NCBI GenBank assembly: GCA_965248835.1 | Contig: CBDFLJ010000001.1 | Coordinates: 1,184,001 to 1,248,000 of the forward strand | Origin: Alphaproteobacteria bacterium | Lineage (GTDB): Bacteria > Pseudomonadota > Alphaproteobacteria > MPNO01 | Reading direction: 5' to 3' | DNA length: 64,000 nt | Shown here: piece by piece, positions 1-10,206 of the stretch | Layout: each line of letters starts with the position of its first letter | How positions within the stretch are numbered: position 1 is the first letter of the stretch | Translations under genes and position numbers: made by a program | Notes under the pieces: model-generated | What the model was told of the DNA's origin: nothing | Databases searched by the model: none | What the model saw: the letters and a program-made list of their open reading frames with translations, nothing else

Positions 1-1
1 C

Positions 2-295
2 ATGGCGAAAGGGTATTGGGTGAGCTGCTATAGAGCGATCAAGGACGCCGATGCGCTAGGCGCATACGCCAAGCTCGCGGGGCCGGCAATCACCGAAGGC
101 GGCGGCACCTTTCTTGCCCGCGGCGGGCGGATCGAGGCGTTCGAGGCCGGCGTGAAGGAGCGCACCGTCGTGGTCGAGTTCCCGAGCTTCGAGCAGGCCC
201 TGGCAACCCATGACGGACCCGCCTACCAGGCCGCGCTGGCAAAGCTTAAGGGTGCCGCCGAGCGCGATTTCCGGGTGATCGAAGGAATCGACTGA
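2..295 (+). CDS. DUF1330 domain-containing protein
   Basis: 97 aa; GGxFLARGG, VVVEFPS and YQAA motifs typical of DUF1330. Confidence 0.85.
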   Translation: MAKGYWVSCYRAIKDADALGAYAKLAGPAITEGGGTFLARGGRIEAFEAGVKERTVVVEFPSFEQALATHDGPAYQAALAKLKGAAERDFRVIEGID

Positions 296-330
296 GGCCG
301 CCGCGCCGCCCGTTGGGAGGCATGGGCAGG

Positions 331-426
331 GGAAGAGAATCGCGGCCCGGTGGCCCGCCCGGTCTTCAAAACCGGTGAGGGGCGTCAGACGTCCCTGGTG
401 GGTTCGACTCCCACTCTTTTCCGCCA
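331..426 (+). tRNA. selC: tRNA-Sec (anticodon UCA)
   Basis: 8-bp acceptor stem GGAAGAGA/TCTTTTCC, discriminator G plus encoded CCA; anticodon arm CCGGT-CTTCAAA-ACCGG (TCA at 366-368); long variable arm AGGGGCGT/ACGTCCCT; 5-bp T arm GTGGG-TTCGACT-CCCAC; 96 nt, 8/5 fold. Confidence 0.95.
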
Positions 427-429
427 TCG

Positions 430-474
430 CCGTCCCGGTTCGCCCCTCGGCTATGCCGGAACAGGCCGGGACGG
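430..474. terminator. possible hairpin between selC and the convergent yccA-like gene
   Basis: Inverted repeat CCGTCCCGG (430-438) / CCGGGACGG (466-474); no U-tract. Confidence 0.3.
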
Positions 475-501
475 ACCGGTCCGATCCCGACAGAGCGTTC
501 T

Positions 502-1215
502 CTAGCGGCGATCGCCCAGCAGATGCATCAGAATCACGAACAGGTTGATGAAGTCGAGATAGAGCCGCAGCGCGCCCATGATGGCGAGCTTGGAGGACGT
601 CTCGGCATCGTGGTAGTCGGCATACTCGTTCTTGATGCGCTGGGTGTCGTAGGCGGTCAGGCCGACAAAGACGATCACGCCGATCACCGAGATCGCGAAA
701 TGCAGCGCCGATGAGTCCATGAACATGTTAACGACCGACGCGATGATGACGCCGATCAGGCCCATCATCAGGAACGAGCCCATACCCGAGAGGTTGCGCT
801 TGGTGGTGTAGCCCCACAAGCTCATCGCCGCGAACGTGCCGGCGGTGATGAAAAACACCCGCGCCACGCTGGCGCCTGTGAACTGGATCAGGATCGAGGC
901 CATCGAAATGCCCATGATCCCGGCGAAGGCCCAGAACAGCGTCTGGGCGGTCGACGCCTTCATGGTCTCGATCTTGAAGCTGAGGAAGAAGACGAAGCCC
1001 AGGGGCGCCAGGATGACCAGCCAGATCAGCGGCGTCTGGGCGAGCGCCATATAGAGCCCGGAGAACGCCGTGACATAGGCGACGATGCCGGTAAGCGCGA
1101 GGCCCGAAGCCATGTAGTTGTAGACGCGCAGCATGTGCGCGCGCAGTCCGGCGTCGAAGGCCTCCTGCGTCCGGGCATCGCGCGAGACGACATTCCTGTC
1201 GGTTCCGAAAGCCAT
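502..1215 (-). CDS. Bax inhibitor-1/YccA family membrane protein
   Basis: About 7 hydrophobic segments; AYDTQRIK and ALxLYLDFINLF motifs. Confidence 0.92.
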   Translation of the reverse strand: MAFGTDRNVVSRDARTQEAFDAGLRAHMLRVYNYMASGLALTGIVAYVTAFSGLYMALAQTPLIWLVILAPLGFVFFLSFKIETMKASTAQTLFWAFAGIMGISMASILIQFTGASVARVFFITAGTFAAMSLWGYTTKRNLSGMGSFLMMGLIGVIIASVVNMFMDSSALHFAISVIGVIVFVGLTAYDTQRIKNEYADYHDAETSSKLAIMGALRLYLDFINLFVILMHLLGDRR

Positions 1216-1260
1216 CTGGTTCCTCCCGAAATCACCTGTCCGGCGGGGTGAGCGTTCGGC

Positions 1261-1292
1261 TAGAATATGTTCACGGCCGGGCCGAAATCAAG
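1261..1292 (-). promoter_or_regulatory. putative RpoH-type promoter of the yccA-like gene
   Basis: Minus strand CTTGAT-N16-ACATAT resembles the alphaproteobacterial RpoH consensus CTTG..-N16-CCTAT.T. Confidence 0.35.
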
Positions 1293-1355
1293 GGTCGGGC
1301 GCCGCCCGCAAGCCCCCATCGGCCGGCGTGCGCCTTGGCAGAGCGAAGCCCCCGC

Positions 1356-3878
1356 TTACTCGTTGCGCAGCAACGGGGCCGCCTTGTGGCCGAGCGCACG
1401 CCAGGTACCGACGAACCCGAAGCCGAGCGTGAGCGCGGCCGAGACCAGCGCGGTGGTCACGACGATTTCCGGTTGAAAAACCCATTCGATATTCATCACG
1501 AAGCGGGTAGCCGCCCAAGCCGCCAACGTGCCCAGCACCGCCGCGACCGCCGCGGTCGCGAGCCCCAGGAGGCCGTATTCGATCGTGTAAACCTTCAGGA
1601 CGCGCGCCCGCGTCGCGCCCAGCACCTTGAGCACCACCGCATCGTAGACCCGGCGCCGGTGGCCGGCCGCAGCGGCGCCGGCCAGCACCAGCACGCCGGC
1701 CGCCAGCGTCATCGAGGCGGCCGCCCGCACGGCCGCGGCGATCCGCTCGAGCAGCGCCTGGACCAGGGCCAGCACCTCGGACACGCGGATCGCGGTGACG
1801 TTGGCAAACCGGTCGGTGACCGCGGTCTCGATGCCGGTGAGTGCGGCCGGCCGCGCACGCACGGTGGCAAGCTGGGTCTGGGGCGCGCCCTCCAGGACGC
1901 CGGGCGAGAACACCATGACGAAGTTGATCCGCAGCGAGCGCCAGCGCACCTCACGGATGTTGGCGATCCGGCCCGTGATCTCGCGGCCCAGCACGTTCAC
2001 GCTCAGACTGTCGCCGATGCCCAGCCCAAGCCCGTGGGCGGCGCCGGCCGACAGCGAGATCAACGGCGGGCCGGCATAGTCCGGCGGCCACCATTCTCCG
2101 TCCAGGAGCCGCGCACCGGCGACCGGCCCGGCCGACCAGGTGATGCCGCGGCTTCCGCGCAGAAGCCAGCGGGCCCCGGGGTCGATCGGCGCGCGACCGG
2201 CCGGCGTGCCGTCGATCGCGGTGATCCGGCCGCGCAGCATCGGCACCCGCATGAGATCGGCGCTGCGGTCGATGCGCCGAACGGTGTCCTCGAACGCCGC
2301 GACCTGCGCGGGCTGCAAGTCGATGAAATAGAAGTCCGGCGCCTGGGCGGGCAGGCTGCGCGCGACCTGATCGCGCAGATTGCTCTCAATCGAGGCGACG
2401 GCGATCAGCACGGTGAGTCCGAGCCCGAGCGAGAGCACCACCTTCGTGGTCGGCGCGCCGGGGCGGTGGAGGTTGGCAAGGGCCAGACGCAGCGTCGGCC
2501 CACGCACCCCGCCGATCATTGCCGCGCCCCGCTCCAGGCCGAAACCGACTAGGCGGAACAGCGCGAAAGCGGCGGCCGCACCACCGATGAACCACATCGC
2601 AAGCCAGCGGTCGTCCGCCGCCGCCAACACCAGCGCAGCCAGCGCGATCGCCGCCAGCACGGTAGCCGCGATCGCCCACGGGCGCGGCGCCACGCGGGTG
2701 CCGGCCACCAGGTCGCGGAACAGCGCCGATCCCGGCACCTGGCAGGCGCGGGCGAGCGGCCACACGGAGAAGACCAGCGCGGTCAGGATGCCGTAGGCGG
2801 CGGCCAGCCCGAGAACGTCCGGATAGACCCCGAACCGGCCGGTCACCTGGAGCGCCGAGGTAATCGCCTCTGCGGCGATCAGCGGCACCGCGATCCCGAT
2901 CGCCAGCCCGGCGGCGATGCCCACCGCCGCCATCACGGCGATCTGGAACAGATAGATGCCGAAGATCGTCCCCGACGCGGCGCCGATGCATTTCAGGGTC
3001 GCGATCGTCGCCATGCGCCCGCCGAGATAGTGGCCGACCGCGTTGCCGACGCCGACCCCTCCGATCAGGAGCGCCGTCAGGCCGATCAGGGTCATGAAGA
3101 TCTCGGCCCGCTGGACGAACCGGCCTGCCGCCGGCGATGCGTTCGTGTGGTCACGGATCCGCCAGGCGGAATCGGGGAACTGCCGGCCCAGCGCGTCGCG
3201 CCAGCCGGCGGGCGCGACGTCGGCGGGCAGACGGAGCTTGTAGTGATAGCGCACCAGGCTGCCCGGCCTGATCAGCCCGGTGGCGGGCAGGCTATCGGTC
3301 GCCACCATCACCCGTGGTCCGAGGCCGATCAGCCCGCCGCCGTCCAGCCGGTCGGGCTCGTGGACGATCACCGCGCGAACCTCGAACGTGGCATCGCCGA
3401 TCACGACCCGCGCGCCGCGCTCGATGCCCAGCCGGCGCAGCAGCCGCGCCTCGACCGCCGCGCCCCAGATCCCGCCCTTCCGGGCAAACGCCGCCCCGGC
3501 CGCCTGGTCGGGGGCAAGCGCGAGCACGCCGTAGAGCGGATAGAGGCGGTCGACGGCCTTGAGCTCGATCAGCGCGCGGGCGCTGCCGTCGACAGTGCGC
3601 GCCATCGACCGCATGGTGACCGACCGGGCGGCCACCGCGTTGTCCTCCAGCCAGCGCCGCTGTGCGGCGGAGATGTCGCGGTGGATGGTGCTGAGCGCCA
3701 CATCGCCGCCCAGCATCTTGCGGCCGTCGGCCGCGAGCCCGGCGCGGATCGCTTCGGCGGTCGAGCCGATGGCGGCAATCGCGCCGACGCCGAGCGCTAG
3801 GCAGGCGATGAAAATCTTGAACCCGCCGAGCCCGCCGCGCAGCTCGCGCAGCGCCAGCCTGAGGACGACACCGCTCAC
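1356..3878 (-). CDS. YbbP-like ABC transporter permease (FtsX-like)
   Basis: 840 aa; RELRGG start, two FtsX-like TM blocks with ATLKxxGA and VLKxLGA; adjacent to ybbA/tesA-like genes. Confidence 0.9.
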   Translation of the reverse strand: MSGVVLRLALRELRGGLGGFKIFIACLALGVGAIAAIGSTAEAIRAGLAADGRKMLGGDVALSTIHRDISAAQRRWLEDNAVAARSVTMRSMARTVDGSARALIELKAVDRLYPLYGVLALAPDQAAGAAFARKGGIWGAAVEARLLRRLGIERGARVVIGDATFEVRAVIVHEPDRLDGGGLIGLGPRVMVATDSLPATGLIRPGSLVRYHYKLRLPADVAPAGWRDALGRQFPDSAWRIRDHTNASPAAGRFVQRAEIFMTLIGLTALLIGGVGVGNAVGHYLGGRMATIATLKCIGAASGTIFGIYLFQIAVMAAVGIAAGLAIGIAVPLIAAEAITSALQVTGRFGVYPDVLGLAAAYGILTALVFSVWPLARACQVPGSALFRDLVAGTRVAPRPWAIAATVLAAIALAALVLAAADDRWLAMWFIGGAAAAFALFRLVGFGLERGAAMIGGVRGPTLRLALANLHRPGAPTTKVVLSLGLGLTVLIAVASIESNLRDQVARSLPAQAPDFYFIDLQPAQVAAFEDTVRRIDRSADLMRVPMLRGRITAIDGTPAGRAPIDPGARWLLRGSRGITWSAGPVAGARLLDGEWWPPDYAGPPLISLSAGAAHGLGLGIGDSLSVNVLGREITGRIANIREVRWRSLRINFVMVFSPGVLEGAPQTQLATVRARPAALTGIETAVTDRFANVTAIRVSEVLALVQALLERIAAAVRAAASMTLAAGVLVLAGAAAAGHRRRVYDAVVLKVLGATRARVLKVYTIEYGLLGLATAAVAAVLGTLAAWAATRFVMNIEWVFQPEIVVTTALVSAALTLGFGFVGTWRALGHKAAPLLRNE

Positions 3879-4591
3879 CCGCGCGCCTTGGCCGCGGCGC
3901 GGTCGGCGACGATCCTGCCGTCGGCGAGCACCAGCCCGCGCCCGCAGCGCGCAGCCAGCGCCGGGTTGTGGGTGACCAGCAGCAAGGTCGAGCCGGCCTG
4001 GGCGGCGAGCTCGAAGAGCAGCGCGATCACCGCCGCGCCGGTCTCGCCGTCGAGGTTGCCGGTGGGCTCGTCGGCCAGCAGCAGAGACGGACCGGTCACG
4101 AAGGCGCGCGCGATCGCCACCCGCTGCTGCTCGCCGCCGGAGAGCTGGCCGGGATAATGGCTCAGACGGTGGTCGAGCCCGACCCGGCCGAGCGCTTCGG
4201 CCGCCCGCGCAGCCGCATCACCGATCCGCGCCAGCTCGAGCGGCACCGCGACGTTCTCCAACGCCGTCATCGTCGGCACCAGGTGGAAGTTCTGGAACAC
4301 GATCCCGATCCGCTCGCGCCGCAGGCGCGCCAGCGCGTCCTCGTCGAGCCCGGCGAAGTCGGTGCCGGCGATCTCGATCCGCCCGCCGGTCTGGCGCTCG
4401 AGACCGGCAATGACCATCATCAGGCTGGTCTTGCCGGACCCGGACGGTCCGACCACACTGATCGTCTCCCCGGCCCCGATGGAAAGGTCGATGCCGCGAA
4501 GGATATGCACCGGGCCGGCCGCGCTCTCGAGCACCAGCTCCACCCCGACCAGACGGACCAGCGGTGCGGCGAGGAGGGTGCTATCGGGCAT
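3875..4591 (-). CDS. YbbA-like ABC transporter ATP-binding protein
   Basis: Walker [26 protein letters not shown]; start reassigned to ATG at 4591. Confidence 0.9.
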   Translation of the reverse strand: MPDSTLLAAPLVRLVGVELVLESAAGPVHILRGIDLSIGAGETISVVGPSGSGKTSLMMVIAGLERQTGGRIEIAGTDFAGLDEDALARLRRERIGIVFQNFHLVPTMTALENVAVPLELARIGDAAARAAEALGRVGLDHRLSHYPGQLSGGEQQRVAIARAFVTGPSLLLADEPTGNLDGETGAAVIALLFELAAQAGSTLLLVTHNPALAARCGRGLVLADGRIVADRAAAKARG

Positions 4592-4691
4592 CGGTGGACG
4601 CGGTCTCGAAGCGGCTGGGGTCGGTGTCGGGTCCGAGCCTCGATATGGCGGTTTTCCCTGGCGGATCAATGTCCGGGCAATCGCGGTTGCG

Positions 4692-5291
4692 GTGGTCGTA
4701 GGAGCGCTTCTCGGCGCCGCGGCGGACGAAGCCGCGGCCGCGCGGCGCCATGTCGTGCTTGCCTTCGGCGACAGCCTGACCTCGGGCTTCGGGCTGGAGG
4801 CGGAGCGGTCGTTCCCGGCCCAGCTCGGGGCGGCGCTGGCGCAGGCCGGACACGATGTCGAGGTGATCAACGCCGGCGTTGCGGGCGACACGACCACCGG
4901 AGGCAGGGCCCGGCTCGCCTGGTCGCTGGCCCGAAGACCCGATGCGGTGATCGTCGAGCTCGGCGCCAATGACGGGTTGCGCGGCATCGATCCGGGCCTT
5001 ACCGCGGCCAATCTCGACGCGATCCTGGCTGCGCTCGCGCGCCGCGGGCTGCCGGTCCTGTTGACCGGCATGTACGCCCCACCCAACCTCGGACGCGCGT
5101 ACGGGGCCGCGTTCAACGCCATCTTTCCCAGGCTCGCGAAGAAACACGGCGTGGCCTTTTTTCCGTTCTTCCTCGATGGCGTGGCGGCGCGGCCGGCGCT
5201 GAACCAGCGCGACGGGATTCATCCAAACGCGGAGGGCGTCGCCGTTATCGTGCAGCGTATCTTGCCCTATGTTGTTAAGCTACTGCCCTGA
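4692..5291 (+). CDS. tesA: TesA-like arylesterase (GDSL/SGNH)
   Basis: FGDSLT, NAGVAGDTT, ELGAND, DGIHPN; start uncertain (no ATG; GTG at 4692 used). Confidence 0.85.
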   Translation: MVVGALLGAAADEAAAARRHVVLAFGDSLTSGFGLEAERSFPAQLGAALAQAGHDVEVINAGVAGDTTTGGRARLAWSLARRPDAVIVELGANDGLRGIDPGLTAANLDAILAALARRGLPVLLTGMYAPPNLGRAYGAAFNAIFPRLAKKHGVAFFPFFLDGVAARPALNQRDGIHPNAEGVAVIVQRILPYVVKLLP

Positions 5292-5304
5292 CCCAGAGGA
5301 TGTC

Positions 5305-6432
5305 ATGACGACCAGCGCACGGGGGTTTCGGATCGCACACGCCGGCGGCGGCCAATGGCAGGGCCTTGTCGAGTCCTGCCTGACCCAGCTCGGTCCGGTG
5401 GAGGACGCGAGGCTGGGCTTCGTCTATCTGACCGACGTGCTGGCCGCCGACGTCGAGCCGATTCTCGCGCGGCTGCAAGGCGCGACCGGGATCGGCGACT
5501 GGGTCGGCACCGTCGGCTTCGGCGTCTGCGTCGGCGGCAAGGAGTATTTCGATACCGCCGCGATCGTGGTGCTCACCTGCGCATTGCCGGCCGACAGCTA
5601 CCGCCTCCTGCCGGTGATCAAGGAGCCCGGCGAGAAGCTGCCGGCGGAACTCGCCCAATGGGTCGCCGACCGCCGGCCGATGCTGGGCATCGTCCATGGC
5701 GATCCGCGCAACCCCTATCTGCCGAACATCATCGATGCTCTGTGCGATGACACCGAATGTTTCCTGGTCGGCGGGCTGAGCGCATCGCGCGGCCGGTCCT
5801 TCCAGATCGCCGGCGAGATCGGGGAGGGCGGGCTTTCCGGCGTGCTGCTGGCCGAAGAGATCGCGGCCACCACCGGGCTCAGCCAAGGCTGCGCCCCGAT
5901 CGGCGAGATCCACGAGGTCACCGAGGCGCGCGACAACGTGGTCTACCGGCTCAACGGCCGCCCGGCGCTCGATGTCTTCAAGGAGGATATCGGCGAGGTC
6001 CTGGCGCGCAATCTCGAACGGGTCGGCGGCTATATCCACGCTGCCCTGCCGATCGCCGGGACCGACAATGCCGATTATCTCGTGCGCAACGTCATGGGGA
6101 TCGACCCGTCCAACGGCTGGCTGTCGATCGGCGACCGGATGAGCCCGGGCGACCGGCTGATGTTCGTACGCCGCGACGGGCCCTCGGCCCTGGTCGACCT
6201 CGAACGCATGCTGGGCGATGTCTCCGGCCGCGCCGGCGACACTGCCCGCGCCGGGCTCTATTTCTCCTGCGTCGCGCGCGGACCCAACCTGTTCGGGCGC
6301 AAGTCCGAGGAGCTCACCGCGGTGTCCGACAAGATCGGCCAGGACGTCCCTCTGGTCGGGTTTTTCGCCAATGGCGAGATTTCCAACAACCGGCTCTACG
6401 GCTATACGGGTGTCCTCACGCTGATCGGTTGA
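5305..6432 (+). CDS. FIST domain signal transduction protein
   Basis: SQGCxPIG, YLVRN, YFSCVARG, GFFANGEI; RBS GAGGA before ATG 5305. Confidence 0.88.
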   Translation: MTTSARGFRIAHAGGGQWQGLVESCLTQLGPVEDARLGFVYLTDVLAADVEPILARLQGATGIGDWVGTVGFGVCVGGKEYFDTAAIVVLTCALPADSYRLLPVIKEPGEKLPAELAQWVADRRPMLGIVHGDPRNPYLPNIIDALCDDTECFLVGGLSASRGRSFQIAGEIGEGGLSGVLLAEEIAATTGLSQGCAPIGEIHEVTEARDNVVYRLNGRPALDVFKEDIGEVLARNLERVGGYIHAALPIAGTDNADYLVRNVMGIDPSNGWLSIGDRMSPGDRLMFVRRDGPSALVDLERMLGDVSGRAGDTARAGLYFSCVARGPNLFGRKSEELTAVSDKIGQDVPLVGFFANGEISNNRLYGYTGVLTLIG

Positions 6433-6439
6433 TCGAGGG

Positions 6440-6979
6440 ATGATCCGTCTGTTCTTCGGGTTGGAGCTGCCCGAGGCGCTGCGCGCGCGCATCGGCGCGC
6501 TGGCCGGCGGGATCGACCGAGCGCGGTTCGTGGCGCCGGAATACCTGCATATCACGCTGCGCTTCATCGGCGAGGTCGACGAGCCGACCTTGCAGGACAT
6601 CGCGCTGGCCGCCGACGGGATCCGGTTCGAGCCGGTGCCGGTGACGCTTGCCGGCGCCGGGCATTTCGAGTCGCGCAACCGGGTCACAGCGGTGTGGCTC
6701 GGAGTCGAGCCGTGTGCGCCGCTGGTCGGCCTGCGTGATCGCATCGAGACCGCGCTGGTCCGATCGGGCCTGCCGCCGGAGCGCCGGAAGTTCAGGCCCC
6801 ATGTCACGGTCGCGCGGCTCAACAAGGCACGCCCGACGGAAATCCGTCATTGGCTGGCGGCGAATACGATGTTCCGTGCGGTGCCGTTCACGGCCGGCCG
6901 GTTCGTCCTGTTCTCCAGCGCGCTGGGGCGCGAGGGCCCGGTCTACACCGCCGAGTGCCGCTATCCGCGAGAGGATTAG
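6440..6979 (+). CDS. thpR: RNA 2',3'-cyclic phosphodiesterase (2H family)
   Basis: Two HxT motifs (LHITL, PHVTV); RLFFGL N-terminus. Confidence 0.9.
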   Translation: MIRLFFGLELPEALRARIGALAGGIDRARFVAPEYLHITLRFIGEVDEPTLQDIALAADGIRFEPVPVTLAGAGHFESRNRVTAVWLGVEPCAPLVGLRDRIETALVRSGLPPERRKFRPHVTVARLNKARPTEIRHWLAANTMFRAVPFTAGRFVLFSSALGREGPVYTAECRYPRED

Positions 6980-7039
6980 GCGCCGGCGGACTTCGGCGGG
7001 ATCACCAAAGGAAGCGGTCCGACTTGTTCGAAACCTGTT

Positions 7040-7777
7040 CTAGAACGCGCGCTTGAGTTTGAGCAGCGCCTCGGTGCCCGGGGTCTCGGCGGCGCTGGCG
7101 GCATCGCCGGCATCGGACTTCGAATAGCTCAGCATCACGTCGAACCCGAACACGTTGACGGTGCCGGAGACGCTCCACTGGGTATAGTCCGGGGCGGTGA
7201 AGCGCGACTCGCTGCGGGTCCACGGCCGGGAGATGCCGGCCGACATCGTGAAGCCGTTGGCGATCGGGACCTCGGCGGCCAGCGTCGGGTAATGAGTCGA
7301 CTTGCCCGAAGCGAGATAGTGCGGCGCGTAGTGCAGGCTCGCGGTCACGACCATGGCGCCGAAGTCGTAACGCAGGGCGCCGAGCAGGCCGACGGCGTCC
7401 TCGCCAAGGCCGGCAGCCACCGCACCCTTGACCGGCGTGCGGTAGACGATGCCCATGTCCCAGGCCAGCCCGGTGGTCGGAACCGCACCCCGCAGGCCAG
7501 CGAACGCGCCGACTTCCAGGCGGGCATCGCCCAGATCGACCGAAACGGCGTCGGGATCCCGCGCCGGCCCCAGTCTGGCGAGCAGCGGCACCGCCACGCC
7601 GAGCGCGGCCTCGGCCCCGCTGCGACGCGCCGCGCCGTCGTCGACGATGGAGATCCAGCCGAGCGCCGGATTGCCTGCCCGGCTGTCGGCGATCCCGGTC
7701 GCGAACTGGGCCTGGGCGGTTGTCGCGGTCCCCAGCAGCATCGCCGTCGCTGCAATAAAGGACGTGGAACGATCCAT
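7040..7777 (-). CDS. divergent TorF-family (Gcw_chp-like) outer-membrane beta-barrel
   Basis: Signal peptide ending AQA, amphipathic strands, DYTQWS..GFDV.LSYSKSD, C-terminal Phe. Confidence 0.55.
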   Translation of the reverse strand: MDRSTSFIAATAMLLGTATTAQAQFATGIADSRAGNPALGWISIVDDGAARRSGAEAALGVAVPLLARLGPARDPDAVSVDLGDARLEVGAFAGLRGAVPTTGLAWDMGIVYRTPVKGAVAAGLGEDAVGLLGALRYDFGAMVVTASLHYAPHYLASGKSTHYPTLAAEVPIANGFTMSAGISRPWTRSESRFTAPDYTQWSVSGTVNVFGFDVMLSYSKSDAGDAASAAETPGTEALLKLKRAF

Positions 7778-7919
7778 CAACTGTCTTCCCTTGCCGACCG
7801 AACGCCGCGGCGAAATTCGATGCGGCCAACACGCCGGTAACGGTGCAAGCCAATATGCCGCCGCCGGGAATGACATGCAACCGGGCTTCGGCCGGTGCGC
7901 CGACGGGTCATGGATCCGT

Positions 7920-8918
7920 TCAGGCGTTGCTTTCGGCCGTGGTCTTGCTGAGCTTCGCGTGGCGGTGCTGCCAGGCCTTGACCGGGGCGTGGCGGGCCGG
8001 CTCGCCCGGCGACCGGCAGGTCGGGATGCATTCGATCCGGGCGTCGTAATTCGGCTGGACGAAAAATGCCAGCGACTGGCGCCTGGTGCCCGAGCGCAGA
8101 CCGGCCGGCGGGTTGACCACCCGATGGAGGTTCGAAAGCCAGCGGTCGTTGGTCCAGACCATCATCAGGTCGCCGATATTGACCACGAACGAGCCCGGCG
8201 GCGGGCGGACATCGACCCAGGCCCCGTCGCGGTCGAGCACCTGGAGCCCGCCCGGAGCATCGTCGACCAACAGCAGCGTATGGGTGCCGAAATCCGAATG
8301 GGCGCCGCAGCGCAACTGCCCGGCGGCGGGCGGCGGGTCCTGGTCGGGATAGTTGATCGCCCGCAGGACGCTTGCGTGGCAGTCGAACTTGTCGAGGAAA
8401 TATTGCGCCTCGACGCCGAGCGCCGCGGCGAAGATCCCGAGAAGCCGCCGGTTCAGCCCCTCCAGCGCACGGTAGTACTCCTTGACCGTCGCCACCAGGT
8501 CGGGCATCACCTCGGGCCAGACATTGGGCTCGTAGGCGTGGCCGGCCTCCTTGTGGCGGTAGTACGGATCATCCGGCAGATCGAAGCGCCCAAAGGCCAG
8601 CGCCTCGCGGTAGTCCGGCGGGGCGGCGGCATCGTGCGAGGCGGCGACGAACTCATCGCCGAACGGCACATAGCCCCGGTTGACGTTGCGCGCTTCGTTG
8701 GTGAAGGCGCGCTTGGTCGCCTCGGGCAGATCGAAGAACGCCGCGCACCGGGCGCCGATCCGGTCCATCAGCGCCGGGTCCACGCCGTGGCCGGTTATCG
8801 ACAGGAACCCGATGCCCTCAACCGCCCCGGCTACGGCATCGGCGATTCGCCGGCGGTCCGCCGAACCGCCGGTCTCGAAGCCGGATATGTCGATCAGCGG
8901 GACTTCGGAGACCGTCAT
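7920..8918 (-). CDS. isopenicillin N synthase-like 2OG-Fe(II) oxygenase
   Basis: VPLIDIS, GFLxITGHGV, HSD...H...RxS motifs; start ATG 8918. Confidence 0.9.
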   Translation of the reverse strand: MTVSEVPLIDISGFETGGSADRRRIADAVAGAVEGIGFLSITGHGVDPALMDRIGARCAAFFDLPEATKRAFTNEARNVNRGYVPFGDEFVAASHDAAAPPDYREALAFGRFDLPDDPYYRHKEAGHAYEPNVWPEVMPDLVATVKEYYRALEGLNRRLLGIFAAALGVEAQYFLDKFDCHASVLRAINYPDQDPPPAAGQLRCGAHSDFGTHTLLLVDDAPGGLQVLDRDGAWVDVRPPPGSFVVNIGDLMMVWTNDRWLSNLHRVVNPPAGLRSGTRRQSLAFFVQPNYDARIECIPTCRSPGEPARHAPVKAWQHRHAKLSKTTAESNA

Positions 8919-9049
8919 TGCGCCGCCCTTTCGCCGGGCCGAAGTAGACCAAGAACCGGGCCGGCATGCAACACGGCGGGGAGGGAAGGGTTCGCCATTC
9001 CACGTTCGGCGGATTTGGCCTAGCCTCCTCATGTCCTGGAGGATCGCCG

Positions 9050-10171
9050 ATGGAGACCACGGATTACGAGGCGGTGCGCCGTCCGCTTGCCGAAGCCGAG
9101 ACGCTGCCGCCGGACTGCTACACCTGCGAGGCGTTTTACCGCCGCGAGGTCGCCCGGATCTTCATGCGCAAGTGGAACCTGATCGGCCGCGCCGATTACT
9201 GGCCGAAGCCGGGCGACTACGCTGCGATGGAGCTCGTCGGCGTCCAGTACCTGGTCATGCGCGGCCGCGACGGGCGGCTGCGCGCGTTCGCCAACAGTTG
9301 CCGGCATCGCGGCGCCAAGCTGCTCGACGGCGAGGGCAGTTGTGATCGCATCGTCTGCCCCTATCACGGCTGGACCTACGGGCTGGACGGCACGCTGGCC
9401 TTCGCCAACGGCATGGAGGAGGCAAGGGATTTCGATCCGGCCGCCTACGGGCTCGCCGAATTGCGGCTGGAGACCTGGGCCGGCTTCGCCTTCGTCAATT
9501 TCGACCCCGATTGCGCGGCGCTTGCGGACTATCTGGGCGATCTCGGCGATCACCTTGCGTCCTACGGGCTGGAGGACATGCTCACCGTCAAGCGCGCGGA
9601 GTTCGTCATCCGCACCAACTGGAAGAGCTATGTCGAGAACTCGATGGAGTCCTTCCACCACCCGACGGTCCATCGCAACTCGGTCAACGACCCTTCCATC
9701 AAGAAGACGGTCGTGGTCGGCACACCCGGACAATACGTCCTGGTCCAGTCCGATTCGGGCGGCAGGACCCGCGCGCTGCTCAAGGATGCGCCGGGCTTCC
9801 CGCCGATCCCGACGCTCAGCGGGGCCGCGGCGCGCGGCTCGCAATATCTGCTGGTCTATCCCGCGACCATGATCGGCTGCGACGTCGATTCGATGTGGTT
9901 CAAGCAAATGGTGCCCGAAGGGCCCGACCGGGTGCGCAACATCGTCGCCATCTGCTTCCCGCGCCAGGCCGTGGCCCGGCCCGATTTCGAGGCGATCGTC
10001 GGCCATTACTACCGGCGCTTCGATACCGCGATCGCCGAGGACAACGAGATCGCCGAACGGCAGTTCGCCGGGCTCAGCTCCCCGCTCGCCCGGCCGGGCC
10101 GATTCTCGCACCGCGAGCCGCTGGTCCATGTGATCGACAACTGGGTTCTCGACCAGGTGCTCGCCGGCTGA
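9050..10171 (+). CDS. Rieske ring-hydroxylating oxygenase alpha subunit (choline monooxygenase-like)
   Basis: CRHRG..CPYHGW Rieske motif; NWKxYVEN.MESFHHPTVH and ED non-heme iron ligands. Confidence 0.88.
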   Translation: METTDYEAVRRPLAEAETLPPDCYTCEAFYRREVARIFMRKWNLIGRADYWPKPGDYAAMELVGVQYLVMRGRDGRLRAFANSCRHRGAKLLDGEGSCDRIVCPYHGWTYGLDGTLAFANGMEEARDFDPAAYGLAELRLETWAGFAFVNFDPDCAALADYLGDLGDHLASYGLEDMLTVKRAEFVIRTNWKSYVENSMESFHHPTVHRNSVNDPSIKKTVVVGTPGQYVLVQSDSGGRTRALLKDAPGFPPIPTLSGAAARGSQYLLVYPATMIGCDVDSMWFKQMVPEGPDRVRNIVAICFPRQAVARPDFEAIVGHYYRRFDTAIAEDNEIAERQFAGLSSPLARPGRFSHREPLVHVIDNWVLDQVLAG

Positions 10172-10206
10172 TGCCGACCCCCGGTCAACCCCGACAGGAG
10201 GCCGCG

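Noticed and set aside
56-427. 123-aa minus-strand ORF
   Set aside because: Antisense to tRNA-Sec and the DUF1330 gene.
430-443. 14-mer CCGTCCCGGTTCGC repeated at 35438-35451
   Set aside because: GC-rich 14-mer matches are expected by chance in 64 kb of high-GC DNA; it is not the tRNA 3' end, so not an att duplication.
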